Assembly: GCA_907165135.1 (NCBI GenBank) | Contig: OU015568.1 | Coordinates: 6,820,001 to 6,884,000 of the forward strand | DNA: 64,000 nt | From: Oikopleura dioica | Taxonomy: Eukaryota > Animalia > Chordata | Reading direction: 5' to 3' | Shown: positions 1 to 12,450 of the stretch, piece by piece | Layout: each line of letters begins with the position of its first letter | Position numbering within the stretch: position 1 is the stretch's first letter | Translations under genes and position numbers: made by a program | The notes under the pieces: generated by a model | The model's input: only the letters and a program-made list of their open reading frames with translations | Databases searched by the model: none | What the model was told of the DNA's origin: nothing

Positions 1-947
1 AATCCCGTCGGAGTGATGAATTTTTCATTTGCCATTCCGACGACTGTGTTCAATTAGACGAGCAGCTTTCCAAAAACTCGCTTAGGCGGCAACCTTGGCA
101 AGAAGCCATTCCTAACACCGTGAATTACTGTAAGCAGTGTCCTTTTTTAAACTTAGAATCGACTACAGTGTAGCAGTTATCAATATTTCCTCTAGCAAAT
201 GCTCGAAAAAAAAGTTCGGGGCAGTTTTACTACCGTAGTTTAACGATCCCATTCATGCACTTGACGCACTCGCTACTACGTAATTGCCTTTCTTTGCTTT
301 CCCTTTTTCGGACATGCTTGCTCATGTGATTTTCAGGACAAAATAAATACTAGATCGTAATTTTTTTTGAATAAATTTGCTTTACGTCACTCTCTATTTG
401 GGGTTTTTTGAAGGTGTTAGATTTATGTCTTCATAACACGACGTTTTCCTACTTAGATAAATTTGACAATAATATTATGTTTTCTAATGAAAATATTTTC
501 TTATCGACAATAATAATTATTTGTCTTCAGGAGTCAATGAAGACTCTCGTTATCTTTTAACGAAGCAGCCTTTTTAGGCGTTTTTCAATCGCTTCTATTG
601 ATTGTGCCACCCTTAAAAAGGCGACTGAATTTCTGAATTCTAGTCAGAATGTTTCAAAAATTAATTAGCTACACTCAGATGCATCTCGAATTTAGCCCTT
701 CTTTCCACAGGTGGCATCAACTTTATTGCCCTAGAAAACTACTCATATGTAAAGTTGGTGTTCCATCCGGAGTAAAGTAGCTCGCCTCTAGGTGTCGTGA
801 CTCACGAGGGGGCACCATAAATACACGGAGCAGATGACTCTTATTTCAAATTAACATTTAGCCGTTGATGCTCTTTTGTTTTGAGCACCTCAATTGTAGC
901 TCGCGCAGGGACACGAGTACGAGTCACAAATAGTACGATTTGAAATA

Positions 948-2726
948 ATGGAGAAAAAAGAAAAGCCGAATTCAGAGATAAAAGACATCTTCAGAGAAGT
1001 TACCAGGCAAATTGTCGAGCAAACGGTAATCATAAATTATCAATTACGTTAATTAACAACTGAACATAAATATAAAACAAGCATTTGAATAATCACTTCA
1101 GACACGAACCAGGTTCAATTCAGCTTTATTTGCCGATGAGTCTTCTGATGCAGAACTGTCAGTTTCCTATTCTGACATCGAGGAACAAGAAGATCCAGAA
1201 ACGACGAGTACTGCTTCTCTGACTGAATCTGCCAGATTAAGTACAGCAAGAAGATCTTATCGATTAGCCAGAGCAGCGAAGAGTCCTGGTCAGACGAGTC
1301 CAAGGAAAGCAAACTCAGACCTGAGTCAAACTCATCCTCTGACTCAAAGCACAAACGGAGCTACTACTAGAATCAGTCTCCCGCTTGATACAAAAAATGC
1401 AACGAAACGCAAGAAAGGCAAAACCCCGCAAAGCCCGGCGAAGTCGGAGAAGAGCGTCGCCGAAAGATTCAAAGACGCGAAAAAAGCTGTCTCAAAACGA
1501 CTTGGATTCAATAGTAACAAAAGCCAGTCAAGAGGTAGTAAAAATGCCTCCGCACCAAGGTCGCCTGATGTAAATGGTCAACGATCAGGACCGGAAGAGG
1601 ATGTTTTTTCGCCGGCGAATGGAGAAAAGGTCGTCGAAGTTCACCAAAGCACTGGAAATGTGAATAAACAAAGATTGAGCGATATTGTTCAAAGGACGAT
1701 TTCACGGCATCAATCAAGGTAAATAAAAATTATCAATTCGATGAGTCCATTCTCATTTTTTCCCACAAGGCATCCTACAAGAAACCCGACAACAGATCAC
1801 ACTCGCGCTGTGACTAGAAGCCAATCGACAAAAGAAGACGACAAAAGACCAAAACGAACTCGCCAGAAAACATCGGATCGTATCGAGCAGCATTTAGTCG
1901 CAGCAGCGCAGAAATTGTCCGACAATGTCCAAGGTGTTTATGGCCGCCAACCGTCGAGTTCTACTTACGAGCTGCCGCTGGAAAAGAAGTTCGACGAGGA
2001 GTTTTCCATGACGGATTTTGCGTCTGGCCCTTCTTCCAAGGGAATATCTTCGAGATCGAGTAGACAAAGCTCTCAAACATCGAATTCTTCCGGTAAGTTT
2101 CCTTCAAGATCTTCATCATTCATCCCCTCTTTCAGCTGAGGCAACTGGGACAGCTCCGATGCCATTGAATACCCGCACAGTCAGCGCTTCAGAAGACATC
2201 GTGCCTCCAACTCCCGCTTCCGTCACAAACTCACGACCACAGTCATCTCTATTTACATTCGACGAAGGTCAACTGAACACGACAATAGAAGAGGAGGCCG
2301 AAGAAAGACGACAACAAGCGATCGCTTCAATCACAAATGATTTGATTGCGATTTCGAATACGCCTCAATTCCAAGACGTAAGGAGTTGAAAATGACATTC
2401 TTTACCGATCTTTGTAGGCTACTTCCAACTTCCAAACCGACCTTCGAAACCTCTTTGCGCCAAACGCGACGTCTCTCAATCAAGAAAATGCATATCGCCG
2501 CCTAATGAGCCCGCTGAAAAGAGTCCTCGAACAAAGCACTAACATCAGTCAAGAAAACCTAGTTGAAACTCTCATCGCTTCCGCTAGAATAATCGCCTAC
2601 ATTCCGAGCCTAGCTCGCTTCATTTGGTCCTACATCACCTCTACTCTCAACTTATCTATACAAGACTTGGATGCATACGCCCAGAATAACAACGATTCAG
2701 ATTCAGACGAGGGATCCGCTGTATAA
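948..2726 (+). CDS. Uncharacterised Ser/Thr/Arg-rich low-complexity protein with a helical C-terminal segment (5 exons)
   Basis: ATG at 948. Four GT-AG introns (donors near 1027, 1719, 2092, 2378) join the open frames in consistent phase up to the stop at 2726. Many SP/TP motifs. No recognisable family. Confidence 0.6.
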
Positions 2727-2834
2727 ACTCAAGTCTGTGCAAAGCCTATCCATTTTTACATTGTGACGCTATTTTCCCTTCTAATAAAGAAACAGCTAAT
2801 TTCGTTCAAAACTCCTCTGAGTTGCAATTTTAAA

Positions 2835-3242
2835 ATGAAAATTTCTTTTAAAAACTTTGTAAAATTTTTTTCACCACAGCAAAAAATTGTTGAAAATCAT
2901 GAAAGAGGCCCGAACGAAGAAGTAAAGAGCAATTCGAGAGTTGAACAAAACGAAGCATTTGCCAACGAGCTTTTGGATAAAAACGATCAGCTGTGGAATC
3001 TGATTGAACACCTGCTTTTGACCCAGGAAAAAGCAGATGCCTGCATACAAAAACAAAAATCTCTCATCGAAACGTATCGTGGAAATCCAAGCGCTCCAAC
3101 TCATGTCTCTCTCGACGAAAACTTCGCGTTGTGTGAATCTCTCAATGATGATTTCCAACGATCCAGAAGTCAAGAAACAGTGCTACATGCTGATCTTCCT
3201 CAACGACAATGCTTTGCGACAAAATTATTTTCCTACGAATAA
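2835..3242 (+). CDS. Small uncharacterised protein, possibly coiled-coil, single exon
   Basis: ORF MKISFKNF...FSYE, with AATAAA directly at the stop (3241-3246). Confidence 0.45.
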   Translation: MKISFKNFVKFFSPQQKIVENHERGPNEEVKSNSRVEQNEAFANELLDKNDQLWNLIEHLLLTQEKADACIQKQKSLIETYRGNPSAPTHVSLDENFALCESLNDDFQRSRSQETVLHADLPQRQCFATKLFSYE

Positions 3243-3286
3243 TAAAAATGCTATATTTATTTATGTACAGGCGATATTTTTTTGCT

Positions 3287-6200
3287 TTACTGGACAAACG
3301 CAGCCAGTAGTCCTTGAAAGCCAGCATTGTAATCTAATGCGACTTCATTGGTTACATAATCGCTTCGGTCGTCGTTGAAAATGTCCGTAGGTGATCGAGG
3401 GCCGCCGACGAGAGCTCCATGGAGAGTCCAGTGGTTGGAGTCGGGGGAGTTGATGATGTCGTATCCGCAGGGCTGGGGATAAGGAGGGCATGAGCTCGAG
3501 CGATGATGAGGAGTATTCGGGAAGTTTGACCCGTGTCCAATAAGAAGAGAGCCAGGAGAGCCGTTGACAATCGGTGTTCCGCTTGGTCCTTGACCAAGGA
3601 GGTAGTTCAGCTGCCCTTCTGCCCAGGTTCTATTGAAAGAAAAATAATCGTAAAAAATATGCGTGTTGCTTACCCATATCCAGAATTGAGACCAATTGAC
3701 TCTGCGGTCTTCATCAAGAAGGCTGCATTGGCTGCGTGTCTGGCCGATCCCCACTCAGAAATATGAACCATCCCTCCAGGAGTTTTAGGCTTCGAATTGA
3801 GTGCTTGAACAAAACCGGAAAATTTCGCTTCAAAAGTTGAAGCCTGATTTGCTTGATTATCTGCTGAAAGAACTTCGTACATGACCAGATTCGCCGCTGC
3901 CGATTTGTCATCCCATGAAAATTCACTTCCGGAACCGATGCTAAAAGTCGATGCCAAGGTCAAAGCCTTGTTCAAGTCCGCTTGGAAAGAACTGGGAGTT
4001 ATGACTCGTGAAGCTTTGGCGATGAAGGCACCGGCGAGAACAATTTCATCGTTGTAGCCTGACCAAGAGTTGTAGAAATCGCGTGCAGCAGGGACTGAAT
4101 CTGAGTATTTTCCTTGATAAGTTGCTGCAAAATCAAGAAGAGATCTTGCACGGAGGAACAAATTCTCAGCGTATTGAGCATCAGTTTCGTGAAAAACGAG
4201 TGCGCCAGCTGCAAACATGGCCGCTGTTTGTGCAGCTAAATCGGATCCAGGAGCTTGCTGCGAGATTTTAGCAGAAGGGCGCTCCATTGTCATTTCTTCA
4301 GGACGTCCCCACGATGCGTGATCCACGTAACCATTGCCAACTTGTGCCCAGAGAACGTTATTTTCCATTTCGTGGCATTTTATGAAGTAGTCTAAGCCGT
4401 GTTTGACGATTCTCTTAGCGTTTTCGTACTCGCCAGCAGCAATGTAACCAGCTTTGAAAGTGTCCAGTCCCCAAGCGAGAACATGAAGAGTAAATGCCAT
4501 CGGAAAGTTGAACTTGACGTAATCTCCTGCATCGTAAAATCCACCGGTTAGATCTCTGCCTACATCACAGCCGTCCAAGAGCCCAGAATCGCCTCGCCAG
4601 CTGACGCGATGCCAAGAAGGAAGCTCGCCGGACATTTGCGCTTCGTAGAAAAAGATGTTTCTGCTCAGAGGCTCTGAGTCAGAGCGGAGGCATAATCGAG
4701 CTGACTTGTGGCCTGTGGAATTGAGGTTTGCGCTGGAGAGGATGGAACGATTCCAGATGACTTTGAGCAGTCAAGAGTTGATGGAGTGGTGGTAGTTGTT
4801 GAGCCTGGGGATAAGGTTGTGGTGCTGATAGTGGTAGTGCTGGTGGAAGTTGTTGATGTTGTTGAGGGACCATTGTCGCCCGGAACAACTGGGTCGGGGA
4901 GACAAAGCGTGATGGATTCTGGAAGAAAGACGGTCGATGAAATTGTACCGGAGAAATCAGATAGATCAACCTGACCCTCAAGAGTGATGCGAAACTCTGT
5001 TCCTGTCGTCCAATTGTGGAGAGTTTTGAAGCTCCAGGCAGTTGATTTTGATGAGAGAGTTCCCTCGGGAAGAGGAGAATTCGCGGTGTTACCCCAAGTC
5101 GTCACGCTGTGCGTCAAAAACGGAAAGGTGATTTTGAGATCGTAGAAGACGACTTCAGAGGAGATAGGAATGACCAGAACGAGTTGGAAAACATTTGAGA
5201 CTACTACGCCGTTTTCCCAGTTTTGCCATGTGCTTGGTTGAATTACCGTGTATTGAGAGGCGGTTAGAGGATAACAGGTAAGCTCTGGTGGGGTAAGAGG
5301 GGTTGTAGAAGTCGAAGTCGTTGACGTAGATGTAGATGTTGGCGTTGATGTCGTTGTTGTTCCTGTTCCAGTGTTCGTTGTGGATGTCATTGTTGTTGAA
5401 GTAACTGTCGTAGTCGTCGAAGTTGTTGTGGTGGTGGTTGTACTGGTAGTGGTAGTAGTAGTCGTATTATAAACAGACTCGTCGGTGTTGAAGCAAACTC
5501 TAGCCTTACAGTATTTTCTCGAAAAAAAAGCAAAAAGTGCACGTCTAAATCCCAAGATCTTCACCCTCCGTTTTTATTTTACGTGAAAATTTGCAAATCA
5601 CCTCGGGGCGGTCATAATCTCCGCGGAATCCAAACAAATCTCTCTGAGCATTTTTACTTTCAGATTTTCAAGAAAACGGTCCTTAACTTTTTCAGCCCAC
5701 GGAAAGCCAGTCGACAAGGCGGAAGCTGTGAGGTCAAATGAAATCGCCTTTGAAAAAATCTTATAATTATCAAAAGTATTGAAGACTTACCTTGTTCCAG
5801 CACAAGTTTTCTCTCGAATACGCAGAGTAGATTGACGCATTTTCTTCTTCAGACCATCCTTGGTATTCAAACTCGGGATTCAAGAATCGCCCATTGGGAG
5901 ATTCGACTCTTCCGGCTCCACCGATTCCGAGAAACAGCAACTCTACTCTGTAATTTTCTGAGATCGGCTGTTCCAAGGGTAGTTGGACCAGGCCGGAGTT
6001 ACAGTCGTCGCATTTTTCAAAGTTACTCACGAAAGCAGATACGCAGTTCTCTTCTGCCGGATCTTTTAACCCCTTTCTTTCGAGCTCAAGAAAGGTTTTT
6101 TATCAAAATTCTTATTAAATTTAGAAAGAAAAGCGTCTACGAGAAGCGATAAAAAACCGATCCTGACATTCCATGTTCGCGCCCTGAGTCCATTGACCGG

Positions 6201-7306
6201 TTGGAATGTTCTCATGTGGGATAAAGAAAGTGTCGATTAATCCGGGCTCAGAGACGTGGGAGGACTGCGAGATTCCCGAAACTTGAACTTTAAAAATCTG
6301 CACATTTTTCGTCGTCCCGTTGACAGCTTCCAATCGCCCCGGTTTAGCTTCAAACACGACAAAATGGCGATCGAGCGAAATGTGCGCTACGCGGACATCT
6401 TCCGATTGAAAGCTCACGTTTTCCGGAAGCTGGTTGTGAAAGTTGAAAGCGGCGTACCAACCTGTTGCTCCTGTATAAGCAGTTTTTACAAGCCCTTTGA
6501 GCAAGATAAGCGAGCGGTCAGCGGCAGGTTCACTGTAGCCAAGCTGTTTCAATACTGACACGCGCTTTTGAACCGGCACTCCTGGAATCACTTTCGGAAA
6601 TTGGATTTTTATTCGTTTTCAAACCTGATTGATCGATTCCTGCAGGACAGGGGCCTCGGCAGACGAATTCCGTACTATCTTTTTCTAAGTCGACTCTTTG
6701 CCATCCTTTGTCTGGGCTCGGCAACCTGTGTGGAATACCTGAGTCAGGGTCTGAAAGATCTTGCGCTAAGCGGCTTCGCAAAATTACCCTTCCAATCCAT
6801 TTTTAAATTCTGGCGGCTTTTCAGACCCTGACTCAGGTTTTCTACACAGGTTGCCGAGCCCGGTCCTTGAGGAGTACAGCGCACTTTGAATGGCCGATTG
6901 TTAGTTCGAGTCGTTTGATACAGTCCGGAATTACAGTGAATCGCGCACGTTGCCTTTTTCCGGTTGAAATTACAATTTTTTTCATGACTTGCATAAGATC
7001 AATTGACGATTGCTACGTGCTAAACCGCTTTCGTCATGTATTCTCAACCAAGCCCATAATTCCGATATATCTTTTGAGCAGCTTCCGAGATATCCGTTTT
7101 CAGGCAGCGGTATATCCCCGCAGTTTCCAGGTCGCCGCTCGTTTGTTCGCTGTTCTGTTTGGTTTGAGCCCGAGCGCTGGAAAAAGAATTCTGGCAAGTC
7201 GTTGGTCAGATAGGGATGGAAACCGGAGTCGGAGTGGAGAAAGGTTCCAGTGTAGATTTTCGGTGGCGTAAAGGCTTAATACAATAAAAATGATATATCG
7301 ATTCAT
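3287..7306 (-). CDS. Modular secreted GH9 endo-1,4-beta-glucanase (Cys/Sushi-like and beta-rich modules, Thr-rich linkers, CBM2-like module, GH9 catalytic domain); frameshifted by a 14-nt footprint in this haplotype
   Basis: GH9 motifs FFYEAQMSG, DLTGGFYDAGDYVKFNFPMA, HASWGRPEEM, PHHRSSSCP, LHGALVGGP, DYVTNEVALDYNAGF. Poly-Thr linkers at about 4790-4880 and 5290-5470. Phase-consistent introns traced up to about 7010. The 5' end (hydrophobic MNRYIIFIVLSLYA at 7306) is tentative. Confidence 0.88.
4664..4685. other. Probable hAT transposon excision footprint (net +14 nt)
   Basis: Coding strand reads GCTCTGA-C-TCAGAG-C-CTCTGAG. This is an 8-bp site GCTCTGAG duplicated with complemented inner bases plus a 6-nt inverted extension. 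Collapsing it to one copy restores YASALSRNIFFYEAQ. Confidence 0.7.
6715..6862. mobile_element. MITE, family A (GGCTCGACAACCTGTG...CCTGAGTCAGG TIR), inside a GH9 intron
   Basis: About 43-bp TIRs gggctcggcaacctgtgtggaatacctgagtcagggtctgaaa / tttcagaccctgactcaggttttctacacaggttgccgagccc. Related copies at 57025, 62066 and 62814. Confidence 0.8.
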
Positions 7307-7890
7307 GGTCGATTATGACTCATAATTTATGAGTGTACTTACCAGCTACAAATATCGAGCCTAGGAAAAACTTGAGCTTGACCAAAGCCATCCTTTTTTA
7401 TTTCTCTTATTCTCTTCTTTTCAAATGAAAGTTAGGTACAAGCACTCAAGTTATCATTTCCGCGCATGCGTATTTCATACCGCTCAGTGACAGCGCCACC
7501 TGAGCAGCATTGAGATTAGCAGAGAACTACTACATGTAGTCGAGTTTGCAAAATTTGATTAATTTAGAATTCCGTACGTATCCAAGTTTTATTCGGGACG
7601 CGGTTAAGTCCACCTGCCCTTGAATTTGTGGGAGCTTTGGTTTTGATTTTGGAACACAGTTATAAAAAACACATCGACAAATATAGCTTCATCATCGTTT
7701 TTCCGACGTTTCCTGAAGAATAAGACAAGTTGATGATGTTGTATCATCTGACAGCAAATTTGACTAGCCTGGCGCAACGTGGATGTTCAGAGAAAACAAG
7801 TTAGATAAGTCACATCTCTGTTTTAGACATCGCTGGCTCTATAAATTCGAGAGTTGAGAGATCAAAGAACAATTCAAAAAATCAGAGATC

Positions 7891-9237
7891 ATGAATCGGC
7901 AAGAATCGGCAAAAACCAGCGGAAAGCTCGCGTTTTTAAAGGTAAGCGGAAATAACTCATCAAAAAATTAAAAGGATTATTAGCTCTTTTTGCTTCTTCT
8001 ACTTTTGGGAATGATGCTGATGGGAAAGATGGATCTCAAAATGGGAAAAATGCGTCGCTCTCTCGATGACGAGATGATGAGCGAATCGTTAGGACAGATG
8101 AATACTGTAAATATGGAGAGATCAACCGATGAGGTGATCGAAAAAAAAGAAGACCGTTTTTCCATCCGGCGCCAAATACTGGAGCTCGGCTGCAAAAACC
8201 TTCAAAAAATGCAAGAACTCGTCGATGAAGGCGACTTCGATAAACTGCTGAAATTTCATGAAGATATTTATAACAGAAAATACATGAAATCTGATCCGAA
8301 AAATGTCTGCAGAGGACCAAGCGCAAGTAAGAAACCAGATGAATCGAGAGCCAAGTTAGAGGATGTGCGCCACAAAGTGAATATTTTCTACGAAGACATA
8401 ACAAACATGACGATTTGCCTTCCACCAAAAGCTGGTACGACCAATTTTCAAGACGCTCTTGCCCAGCTAAGGGGGCGGCATGGACGTGGAATTCTTCCTA
8501 GGCTTCAGAATAGCGATTATCGAGACGCTTCAGATGCCATTTCGAAGACCAAACTTTTTGTCCTCAACACAAGAAATCCCTTCGAACGCGTCCTATCTGC
8601 ATGGCGAGACAAGTTTTCTTCCAGCGCTTCTGAGTCTCGTCAAGATCTTTACAAAGCGTCCATCAACGTTTTTGAAGAAGAACCTGCTCCTGATGGATAT
8701 GTAAGTAGCTTTCCAGCTTTTGTAAATCATTTAGCCGCGAATCCATCGGAATTTACTCGAAATCGCCACTGGAGAAGCACTTACTATCACTGTAGCCCCT
8801 GCCACTTTCCTTACGAGCTGATAACGCACCTGGAGACAATCGATGAAGATTTTCCTCGAGTTTGGGAAGAACTTGGACATGAGATGCCGAAAATGAAGGA
8901 GCAGTACAAGCAATCTCCGATGAAATCAAAAGATGCGTCGTTTTACTACAGAGACATTTCTTCTGATGTCGTCAAAAAATTGTACATCGTAAGACTAGGG
9001 AATCTCAACCAAGACAAACTTGAAATTAAGAACTACTACCAAGACTTTGTTCTCTTCGGTTATTCCCCTGACCTCGTCAAACGGGTCATTCGAGCTTCGA
9101 ACTCGAACAAACCAGCTGATTTGAACAAACAGAAGATGTCAAGAGCACTGATGAATTTTGAAGATCAGGAAAGCATCGAATCGATCACAGATAGAGTCAT
9201 AAGATTATTGTTTCGATGCTTGAAAAGACATTTCTGA
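7891..9237 (+). CDS. Golgi carbohydrate sulfotransferase (Sulfotransfer_2 / HNK-1ST-CHST-like), type II membrane protein
   Basis: N-terminal TM segment. 5'-PSB motif CLPPKAGTTNF and 3'-PB motif RNPFERVLSAWRDKF, plus HWRSTYYHCSPC and YYQDFVLFGY. GT-AG intron after the first exon and a probable in-frame 42-nt intron near 8989. Confidence 0.9.
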
Positions 9238-9568
9238 ATGAAATTTGCTACTGAATATGCTTCCAAATTTTCTGTAAAATTATGAAATAAACACTGCCAT
9301 TTTGTGTAGATAGCTTTGTATTTGCAAACGTAGTGATCTTAGCTGACCTCTTGTTAGTTAGAAGGCGATGTTGTTGATGGAAGTAATTTTCAAAATTAAC
9401 TTTGATTGTTGACGTAGTTTGAGTCAGAAGAGTTCACTTCCTGCTGACTCTACTGATTCTATTCGAAAATAAAAGACCATGGACTTCCGTATAAAATGTA
9501 TTTCGTGAACTGTGAAAGGTAAAAAAGGAGTGAAAAGGAGTGATAACAACCAGCGAAGGCCCAGTCTC

Positions 9569-10230
9569 TCAGACATATGGACTGCCGTTGGTTGTGGCAG
9601 TGGCTGCTCGCATTTCTACGAAGACAGCGTAAATAAATACCGCAAGGAGCGACAAAACGGTGAAGAAGACATACTGTCGTTGCTTGATCGCTTCGACGGT
9701 GTCGTGCATCTTGTTCACGCCGGCTTCGAGCGCGTCGACGACAGGGAGTTTTTCAGTCACGAGGGCTGACAGCTCTTCGTATGCTTTCTTCGCCTCGAGA
9801 GCCTAAAAAGAATGGTTAGGCCATGAAAAGAAGGGAATAAACTTACCATGCGCTTGTACTTGTTTTTCTTGGCGACTAAGCTGCTGATGTACTGACGCAC
9901 ATTTCCAGTCGATTGCTGGACAATCGTCGGGCTCTCGATTCCATCCGCGGAGAAGGTTTCCACGCTTGGGACATCTTCTGCCTCGAGACGTCCTCTTCTT
10001 TCGCCACTCATCGGAATCGAACTAAATTGAAATAAAACCAAACCTTTCAAATTATTTTTTTACCTAATATCGAGCGATGGATCCCTGCCATTCTTATCCA
10101 TCAGCACTGGTCTCCGTCCCGTGAATAGCGGCGTAGGAGCTCCAAAAGGAGGACCAGGCCTTGGCGATGACGCAGCAAGAGGTTGACTTCCTCGGTTTTC
10201 TCTTTGCCTCAACTCGTGTACCCGGTTCAT
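9569..10230 (-). CDS. Small tail-anchored protein (coiled coil plus C-terminal TM), 3 exons
   Basis: Short GT-AG introns join MNRVHEL..., ...SLVAKKNKYKRM and ALEAKKAYEEL...YVFFTVLSLLAVFIYAVFV. Confidence 0.6.
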
Positions 10231-10796
10231 TTCTTATCTAAAAAGCGCGCCCATTGTTAGTCAGAGAAATACCAAAAGCGCTAGGTCATAGGTGTAGATT
10301 GGGGCAATAAAAAATTGGAGAAAAAAAATAAAACACTCCGTTCATAAGCTCTCTAACGTGCCGAATGACAATCGTATCGTCGCCACGACGAAAACTCTCC
10401 TGGCGAAAAATTTTCCCGGCGAGCGCATCTGCCAGCTTGAAAATAAAAGTCGTTGGAGTTCATGTTTTTTTATTTTTTAATAAAATAAAAATATCTTTGA
10501 TAAAATCGGCGGAAAATTCGCTAAATGCTGGAAAAATCATCTAGAAAAGCGACAGATTCAAGCGCTTAGACATTACTACAGTACAATTTACACAAATTAC
10601 AGTGAATTGCCAAAAGAGGCCTAAATTTAGGGAAGGTTAATTCAGCAATTTAGTGTCTTTATCGAAAGTTCGAGAAGAAGACCAATTCGAAAATCAACAT
10701 GTCAAAGTCGCACTTAAAAGTAATTGAGCGCAATCAAGTTTGTAAACTGCTCTACTTAGATCTGAAAGACAAGCGCTTTTTTATTCTACTAGTAAC

Positions 10797-12259
10797 ATGA
10801 GGTTCGATCTATATTTTTTGGATTTTTTTATACTAAGCTTTTTTGGTCAAGCGAAGGCGGATTTCGGCGATGTCGATGTGGAGGTTCTCAAGTCCCTCAC
10901 GAGTGGGGTCTATATTGAGTGTAAAATTGACAAGGTAGGATCAATTTTTGGAAGAAAAGAAGGAACTTCTATTTAGATGTGCGCCTGGATGACAGAGCCC
11001 TACCTCGAAAGCATCGACATAAGAAAAGAAGATGTGCCGATGTTGACATTCATCGACAGCAGCGATCCCGAATGTCAAGCACGTGACCTGGGAGCGCTGG
11101 AAGGAATGCCAGAGGATTGGCATTTCTGGCTCTGGTGCTCGAGAGAAGAGACAGAAGAAGAACACGCTAATGAGGAACCAGAATATGATGAATATGGCGA
11201 ACCGATTCCCGAAGATGGCCTTTCTCATTACACATGCGGGACGAAGACGATTATTCATCAAGGAGAAACAGGCGACGAAATAACGTCTGCATCATGGCCA
11301 TTGGCCAATTGGCAAATCGAGCCGCATATCCAGCACAGTAACAATATCAGCACGAGCGACCCTTTTCATATGCGACAGATTACACTTCCAATCGAGTGCG
11401 AATGGCCGACGACTGCTCCTGGGGATGATCCGATGGGGTTCAATTTTGCGCGCAGTGGAGGACCTTCCTACTTCAAGACTGTTTCCAACATCGACCTGAC
11501 CGTCGAGATTCAGCTATTCAAGGATGCCCAGTTTACTGATCCGTATGGAGAAAAGCCTCAGTTTGTGCTTCAAGGAGAAAAGGAAATTTTCATTTCCGTC
11601 AAGTTTGTACAGCAAGTTCCAAACGATGTCGCCATGCACCTCGTTCATCTTTGGGCCTCACCAGGTAAATTGACTTCAGTCATGACTCAGTAAGTGTCAA
11701 GATTTCTAATTTATCAGAAGAATTGAGAAAGTAATTGACTTTTTAAGTGGCGAGCTCGAGTCAAGATGTGTATTTCGCGTGGGTAATGGGTTCCTGCGAG
11801 CAGCACAGCAAGGTCAAAATGCTGAGCTCACCCTCGGAGCAGGAAATAAGGGTGTCCCTACCTGTTTTCATGTTTGAAGGTACGCACTTTCTATTTTTCG
11901 TATACTATCAATACTTGCAGATTCTGATGAGGTGTTTTTCCATGCTATCGTAAAAGCTTGCCGGGCTAACGAATGCCCAGCCGGCTGTACTGGTACCTCA
12001 ACTTGGGCCGGTTTCAATGGAGATCGACAAGTGCTCTCTCGGAGTCGGTTGAGAAGAGTAAGAAAAGACAATTTTCTTCTACGATTAAAATAATCTTCAG
12101 AGCTCGCCGGGAGACTCCTCGTTGTTGTCAATCGGCCCCATTCTCTTGGTTGAGAAAAAGTCGGGAAATATACTCAATGCTATGTTTTTGGTCTGCTCGA
12201 GTTGTACTCTTGTTTATTTATTGTTGATGAACGCGCGAATGTCGTATTTGTGTGCATAG
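10797..12259 (+). CDS. ZP (zona pellucida) domain protein
   Basis: Signal peptide. ZP-C-like segment (IQLFKDAQFTDPY...IFISVKF...LWASP; IRVSLPVFMF). Furin site RLRR, external hydrophobic patch SIGPILLV, C-terminal TM. Confidence 0.8.
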
Positions 12260-12378
12260 CTCTTTTACATCACCTGTTTTATACCCTAAAAATAAAGATA
12301 AATTTTCAGAATAAGAGCATAAAAATAAATCAGCAAGATTAGTAACACCTGACTTTATTTATAAAAAAATTAAAATCG

Positions 12379-12450
12379 TGGAGATGCGGGGGATTGAACC
12401 CCGGGCCTTTCACATGCAAAGCGAACGCTCTACCACTGAGCTACATCCCC
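12379..12450 (-). tRNA. tRNA-Ala (anticodon TGC)
   Basis: Reverse complement GGGGATGTAGCTCAGTGGTAGAGCGTTCGCTTTGCATGTGAAAGGCCCGGGGTTCAATCCCCCGCATCTCCA forms a canonical cloverleaf with A and B boxes. Confidence 0.97.

Noticed and set aside
1-900. Possible gene or element at the window start
   Set aside because: No ORF, TIR/TSD pair or RNA structure could be supported.
7460-7510. GCGCATGCG (NRF1-like) and AGGTGGCGCTG (CTCF-like) motifs between GH9 and the sulfotransferase
   Set aside because: Single short matches, not distinguishable from chance without ChIP or conservation data.
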